The notes under the pieces were generated by a model, which was not told where the DNA came from, made no database searches, and worked only from the letters and a program-made list of their open reading frames with translations. A stretch of 64,000 nt of DNA from Kudoa neothunni (Eukaryota; Animalia; Cnidaria): NCBI GenBank assembly GCA_964304625.1, contig OZ199838.1, forward strand, positions 6,869,731-6,933,730. Reading direction: 5' to 3'. Of the stretch, positions 58,530 through 64,000 are shown piece after piece. How positions within the stretch are numbered: position 1 is the first letter of the stretch; each line of letters starts with the position of its first letter. Made by a program: the position numbers and the translations under genes.

Positions 58530-60025
58530 ATGTGGCGGGCAGTATTACCCACTTTGGGGGTTTCCTTGCTCGGGGTTTCGTTGTGCTGGACTCAAGCTGA
58601 GCGATTCCATGGCCACAGAGTTTTGTGTGATAGTGGCTCCCTAGCTACGAAATCTATCTCTGAAGAGAGGAGAGACAATCTCAGATCTTTTCGTGAAATG
58701 TTAACTGGTGAGTTAGAATATTTTAAGACTGTTAATAACATTCCTGGGATGAGCTGCATTGTTGGTGTTGACGGCAAAATTGTTTATTCCTATGGATCTG
58801 GTTATTCTGACGTGGAAACACTTTCACACTGTTTGGATTATTCCTTGCATAGGATTGCTAGCATCAGCAAAATGATTACTGCAATTATTGTGGCAAAATT
58901 AGTAGAGAAGGAAATGTTGAATTTTGATGATAAGGTGAGTAAGTTTTTTACTGGTTTGCCAAAAAAAATTGGCGACATAACAATCGAGAATTTGGTTTCC
59001 AATACCTCTGGAGTCAGACATTACAGAAATAATAAAGAAAATCCTGAAAATCGTCATTTTGCTTTATTAGAGCAATCCTTCGATCTTTTTTTAAATGATG
59101 AGCTTATTCATTTTCCCGGTCAATCATTTACGTACTCCACACATGGATTTACCTTATTGGGTGCTGTAATTGAGAACGCTACAGGTGTTAAATTTGAGAA
59201 ACACCTTTCTGAATTTTGTCGTGAAATTGGACTTATAAACACTTATGTGGATCATGTTACTCGTTTGAACTTTCAAAAAACAAAGTATCAGCGAATTATT
59301 TTCGTAAAAATAAATCTGAACCAATCGATAGTGGTTATTATATAAACAAAGAGGGAAAACTTGAAAAGTTTCAATATATGGACAATTCATGGAAATATCC
59401 AGGTGGAGGATGCCTATCCAATGGATACGATTTACTTAAAATAGGAAACATGCTTTTGTTGTCATATGAAAACTCAAAAAGTACAATTTGTTGAGTTGGA
59501 TAACAAAAAATAATACTTTTGCTCAAATATAGGCTACTTGAAGAGTGATACGGTTAATAAACTATGGACTCCCACCGAACAATCTCTGAATCATTTCAAA
59601 GACAGATCTGGTTATGGTTTAGGCTTTAGAGTATCATATATTGAAGAACATCAACCGTTATACGAATACGGTGATTTAACAGTGTTTCATGCAGGTAGCT
59701 CACTTTTTTCTCCCCTCTTAAAAATCAAAATTGATAACATAATTTGTTTTTTTATTTAATAAATCGATCCTGTTTTAAAATGATGGTGAATTATATTTTT
59801 GTAGGCACCGGAGAAGGATCAAGCGGCATTTTACTTATCGTACCACCTCGTGATCGAAATCCAACGAAAACCCAAAAATTGTTGAATTCACACGATCCAT
59901 CGCCAAAATCACCCAAAGGAATTGTTGTTATAATTTTATGCAACTTACACGGAGTGAAATTCCGAAAATTAGCTAACACTATTATTCAACACACTTATAG
60001 TAGTTATGAAGAATTTTTACGATAA
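58530..60025 (+). CDS. LACTB: LACTB serine beta-lactamase-like mitochondrial protein, 4 exons
   Basis: RIASISK (SxxK), SGVRHY, YSTHGFTLL, DNSWKYPGGG..DLLKIGN, YGLGF, HA|G. Confidence 0.9.
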
Positions 60026-60341
60026 ATTTACTCAAAAATTTAAATAAACTTTAATTTTTACACTGTCTTTTGATATAAAAATATTTGTACAATTAAATGT
60101 TTTAACCTTGAATTATATATTTATTACAACTAGAGAAACATATGCGATTAACGCGTTTTCCTATTAAGGCGTAAATTCCGTTAAGATTACGTTTATCATA
60201 TCAGCAACCTCTTTTTGTCTACGCTTGCGCATTCTATTTCGATACAGGTAGAGGCATATTGGAAAATTTCCATTTTTATTAAGTGTAATACAATTGGAAA
60301 TATTTGAAAATAGTTGAGTGAGTTCATATTCATAATTATAA

Positions 60342-61693
60342 ATGTTCATAAAAGACCACCGAGTGAGATTTGCACTGTTTCATCCCGATTTCATTGGTTC
60401 AAACTCCGACCATTATACTATTGAAATAAAAGACAATTATGGTAACATACTAGAAGGGGAGTTTTCTTTCTCGGAAAATCTACCAGTCATGGTGATATCC
60501 GTCATTGTTGATATCGGGGGATTTGACTATCTCCTTTTGAATTTAAAACATGGTGAACATCTTTTGGATATATGTCCATTAGAGGTGAGATTTAAGGATA
60601 TCTCCTATTCATCCACTGTCGACACACCCTGCTTTTTACGAAAACAACAACTCAAATATGATAGCGCTGGGGAAACAACATTACCAGCGGTTGTTTGTAT
60701 TGTTGACTTTTTACCTAAAATATCAAAAAATATTAAAAGTTTGATTTTAATTTATAAAAAACCTAATTGTATCTGTTTAGATACTGATTTTGAATATGTT
60801 GTTGATGTGAAACTGAAAGTTAACTCTGAGCTGAACAGAGGATCCTCTTATTCAACCATCGAAAGTATCAATGAGCATATGATAGTTAGCACTCCTGGTA
60901 TCATTTTATAAACGAATGAATAGGATAAATATTTTATTATACTTATTGTAGATGATGAAAAATTAGAATCTGGAATGTGTTCGTCTTTTCAAGTTGATAT
61001 TAGAGATTGTGATTTGTATAATTTGCTGTTTAAAATTCATTCCAATTTTCACACAAGTCTCACTGTCACAGAGATATCGGTGATTGATTATTTAATTAGT
61101 CTTCCATTATTAATGTTTTTTAGAATACATGCATAAAAATCGATATTGCTTCGAACGATTGTCGACAATTATTTATAGAAATAGGTGCGAATGACCAATT
61201 TATGCCGTCGAAATCGATACTTTTTCCTTTTGAAAAAACAAATGTTTCAATTATAAACTCTCCTTTATCAGTTTTTGATGTTGAAAATAACCAGATATCG
61301 CTCTCGGATTGCTACGAGAAATTAACATTGACTCGTAGTAATGAAGAAAAAGATGAATTTTGTGTGGACACCTGTGAGAATAGTTCAAAAATCTGGGGGC
61401 CGCGGCTGAAGGTTACGGAACAAAATCCGTCCTCAAAAATAGTTTTTCCTGTTGATGGATTGTGTGTGTTACAGAATGAAGACACCTACCAAAAAACTGT
61501 TAATAACCAATACCTCAGGCTAGATGTCCCAAATTTTATTTCATCCATCACAAATAAATTCCATTGGGTGCACATATGCTTTGGTTCTTTCCTTTCAAAA
61601 CTAAGTTTGAAACGTGGAGTTGAACATTTCTTTGTGGACGCGCAAACATCTGAGGACCTAACTCTGTACAAAATATCTCAATTAACTTCATAG
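60342..61693 (+). CDS. Multi-exon protein of unknown function; 3' end unresolved
   Basis: Exons 60342-60896, 60952-61079 and 61124-(61665 or 61693) splice in frame through short GT-AG introns. More exon-like blocks occur at about 63290-63555. Confidence 0.55.
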
Positions 61694-61753
61694 AATTATA
61701 TGCATAAATGGATGTTGTATTAAAATTGAGAACTCTGTTTTTTGCAATATTAA

Positions 61754-62818
61754 CCCTCCAAGTACAATTGGTGTCCAAAAGACCCCACCATTTTTTATCT
61801 AATCATCGAAAATATTGATTCAAATGTTCGGGAAAACTTTGAAAAAATCCTATGGATTATATTTTTATTGCATGAATATCATATCTTCATCTACATTGCG
61901 CATGCAGCATAATTTTTTTCAATGATGTGTTCAAGTGATCTTAATAATAATTACTCCGATACCGAGACTTCAGATTCATTTTCTTCATTTCGTAATTATT
62001 AATCGTTAGAGAAATTTGATATTGATACAGATATACAACTTAACTCATTAATACACAAGAACGGAACGTTATGGTCGATGAACCCGCCGTTGGCATCCAG
62101 AACATGTGTTACAATTATCATGAATAGTCGTACTGGTGTCTCTCCGTTTTTATTATAAAATACAATTGATACTTTCAGAATAATATTTGGTTATTGATGG
62201 TTCGAACTGGATGGGTTCATTAGCTGTTTATTTCTGATGGGATATCACAGGGATAATCGAGAATGGGTTAAAGAGATATTTGGGTTAGAAGAAGGAAAGA
62301 TATATCGTGATTTATTCTCATTACATATATTTCTCCAAATAATGCGAGTTTCAGATTTTGATGGTGTAGAAAATATTGAGGTTACAAAATAATCGGAAAC
62401 TTTTGCCATGTTGGTGAACTACGGCATATTTAGGTGGGTTTCTCATGCGTTGTACCCGCCCTAATGAACATTTCAAGCATATCTTTGTTACTTGTTTTAT
62501 GCAATAGTCTATGCCAGGATTATGATGTTTTTTATCACTTTAAGCGCAAATTAAATAAAGAATTAATTTTACTAGATGCGTTGAGTTTTGAGTTTGTATA
62601 TAGGAAATATATGATCTCAAAAGTAATGCATACGCGTACGCATACGCTGTGGTTAAAATATTTCTTTATTGTTCGCACATGCCCACACAATATTACATGA
62701 TGTCATTTATGAAATTACTGAATATATAATCGATAAAATATTTTATCAAATAAAAACGGGGGATCTTTTTGACCTCAATTGTGCTTGGAGGATGTAAATT
62801 TTCATGTGGCTTAGAAGG
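61754..62818 (+). mobile_element. Non-autonomous piggyBac derivative
   Basis: TTAA|CCCTCCAAGTACAATTG ... CAATTGTGCTTGGAGG ... TTAGAAGG|TTAA; homologous to 26531-27142. Confidence 0.8.
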
Positions 62819-63709
62819 TTAAACTAATGTTCGCATCACATTTAACGATCTGAAGAGACATCAGGTTAGTTACAAAAATTTTTTGGGTATCTAAGCCATA
62901 ATAGATTATTGCATCCCCGGTTGGGAAGCCTTTATAGAAAATATGTTTATATTTGCAGTTAAATGACAGAATTTGCTACATTAAATCCGAATTAAATCTT
63001 CCATATTATGATAAAATATTGAGAATATCATGATGAGTCTGAATTTGTTGGTTCTATAGTTATTTTTTTAACCGCTCATTTTTACTATAAATAAAAAAAA
63101 ATAATTGAGTCGAATAATAAATACATTATTTATAACTCATGAAAAACTGAAGCATTATTCCAGGGTATGATTTATTTGTTCAAAGGCTTTATCTTTATGA
63201 AATATTGATAATTCTTATAAAGAATATATATTTTAATCAGCTTATGAAAATTTAAATGATATATGACAATAAAATATTAAATACCAGATCCTCAATTCGA
63301 ATATTCATGGAGATCATTGTTGGTTAGTTAGTTATGAATCATGTAATATATAACACAAATGTTTAGAAAAATTTATAATTTTAGATGAATTTTGTTATCA
63401 TTTAGTAGATAAGAGGGCCGGAGTTACTACTAACCTAACGATATTAGTAACTAATTTAGAATTATAATATTTGAGTAGGTATTATTAGGACCAGGAAAAA
63501 ATATGGAGGGGTTTAAATTTTAACGCAAATGTGATCTTAAGAAACTACTTATGAGTGGTCCAAAATAACACGCATTTCCACAAATCCCATGCTATATTTA
63601 ATATACCTTAAGAATGCTATTTGAGCATTTTTTAGATAGAGTACGATAATTAGGGTTAATTTTTTCATAAACATTGTTTAATATGTATGCATTAAATGCT
63701 CAGAAAAGA

Positions 63710-64000
63710 GAAACTCGGTCGGTTGAAGGAGTTATGTGACCCAAGAGAATTATAATCTACGGAAATGGAATCTAGTTTGTAGTTCAAATTCTCGAGAGCT
63801 TCCTTCAATAGAGTATATTTATGACTTTAGATTCCTTCGCTTGTTCAAGTCGACGGAGTTTGTCACTCATTCGATAATTATTTAGATATTTTTCACCTCA
63901 TTGGTGTTACGCAGGAGGTTTTTGTCCAGAAGTAGTGATTATATCGCTTCGTATATTTGGCAGATGTCGGTGTAGTTAATTAGTTAACCGCATGTTCCCG
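63710..64000 (-). pseudogene. Possible R2/NeSL-type non-LTR restriction-like endonuclease remnant
   Basis: RLEQAKESKVIKYTLLKEALENLNY..SLGSH resembles the K..KY..L..GSLG motif; stops are present upstream. Confidence 0.4.

Noticed and set aside
58530-60025. Horizontally acquired bacterial beta-lactamase
   Set aside because: It has spliceosomal introns and the motif set of ordinary animal LACTB.

Overview
AT-rich eukaryotic DNA, most likely from a compact-gene, fast-evolving invertebrate. The gene set (KH-DEAD DDX43, LACTB, BEL/Pao LTR element) looks metazoan; a myxozoan-type parasite is a guess, not shown. Host genes rebuilt by hand from GT-AG introns, mostly 39-60 nt: SAC1 (+), YAE1-like (-), METTL23-like (-), histone H2B (-), COX19/DDX43/RGP1 (+), BLM RecQ helicase (-), then an unknown gene, a second H2B, LACTB and another unknown gene (+). 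Genes sit in tight islands between dense nests of decayed transposons (piggyBac, hAT, Tc1/IS630, pogo/Tigger, Merlin, BEL/Pao, an R2-like remnant, many MITEs). Main observations: (1) a YAG exactly 11 nt before the ATG in four unrelated genes, within co-oriented clusters (trans-splice acceptor or Inr); (2) two inverted, long-tailed H2B genes with no canonical stem-loop and a 101-nt identical tract, bracketing an inverted hAT pair; (3) near-minimal splice signals; (4) a C-terminal CCHC knuckle on DDX43; (5) nested TEs that explain most large introns; (6) a GC-rich nested hairpin at 18.3-18.5 kb. All homology calls come from remembered motifs; no searches were run.
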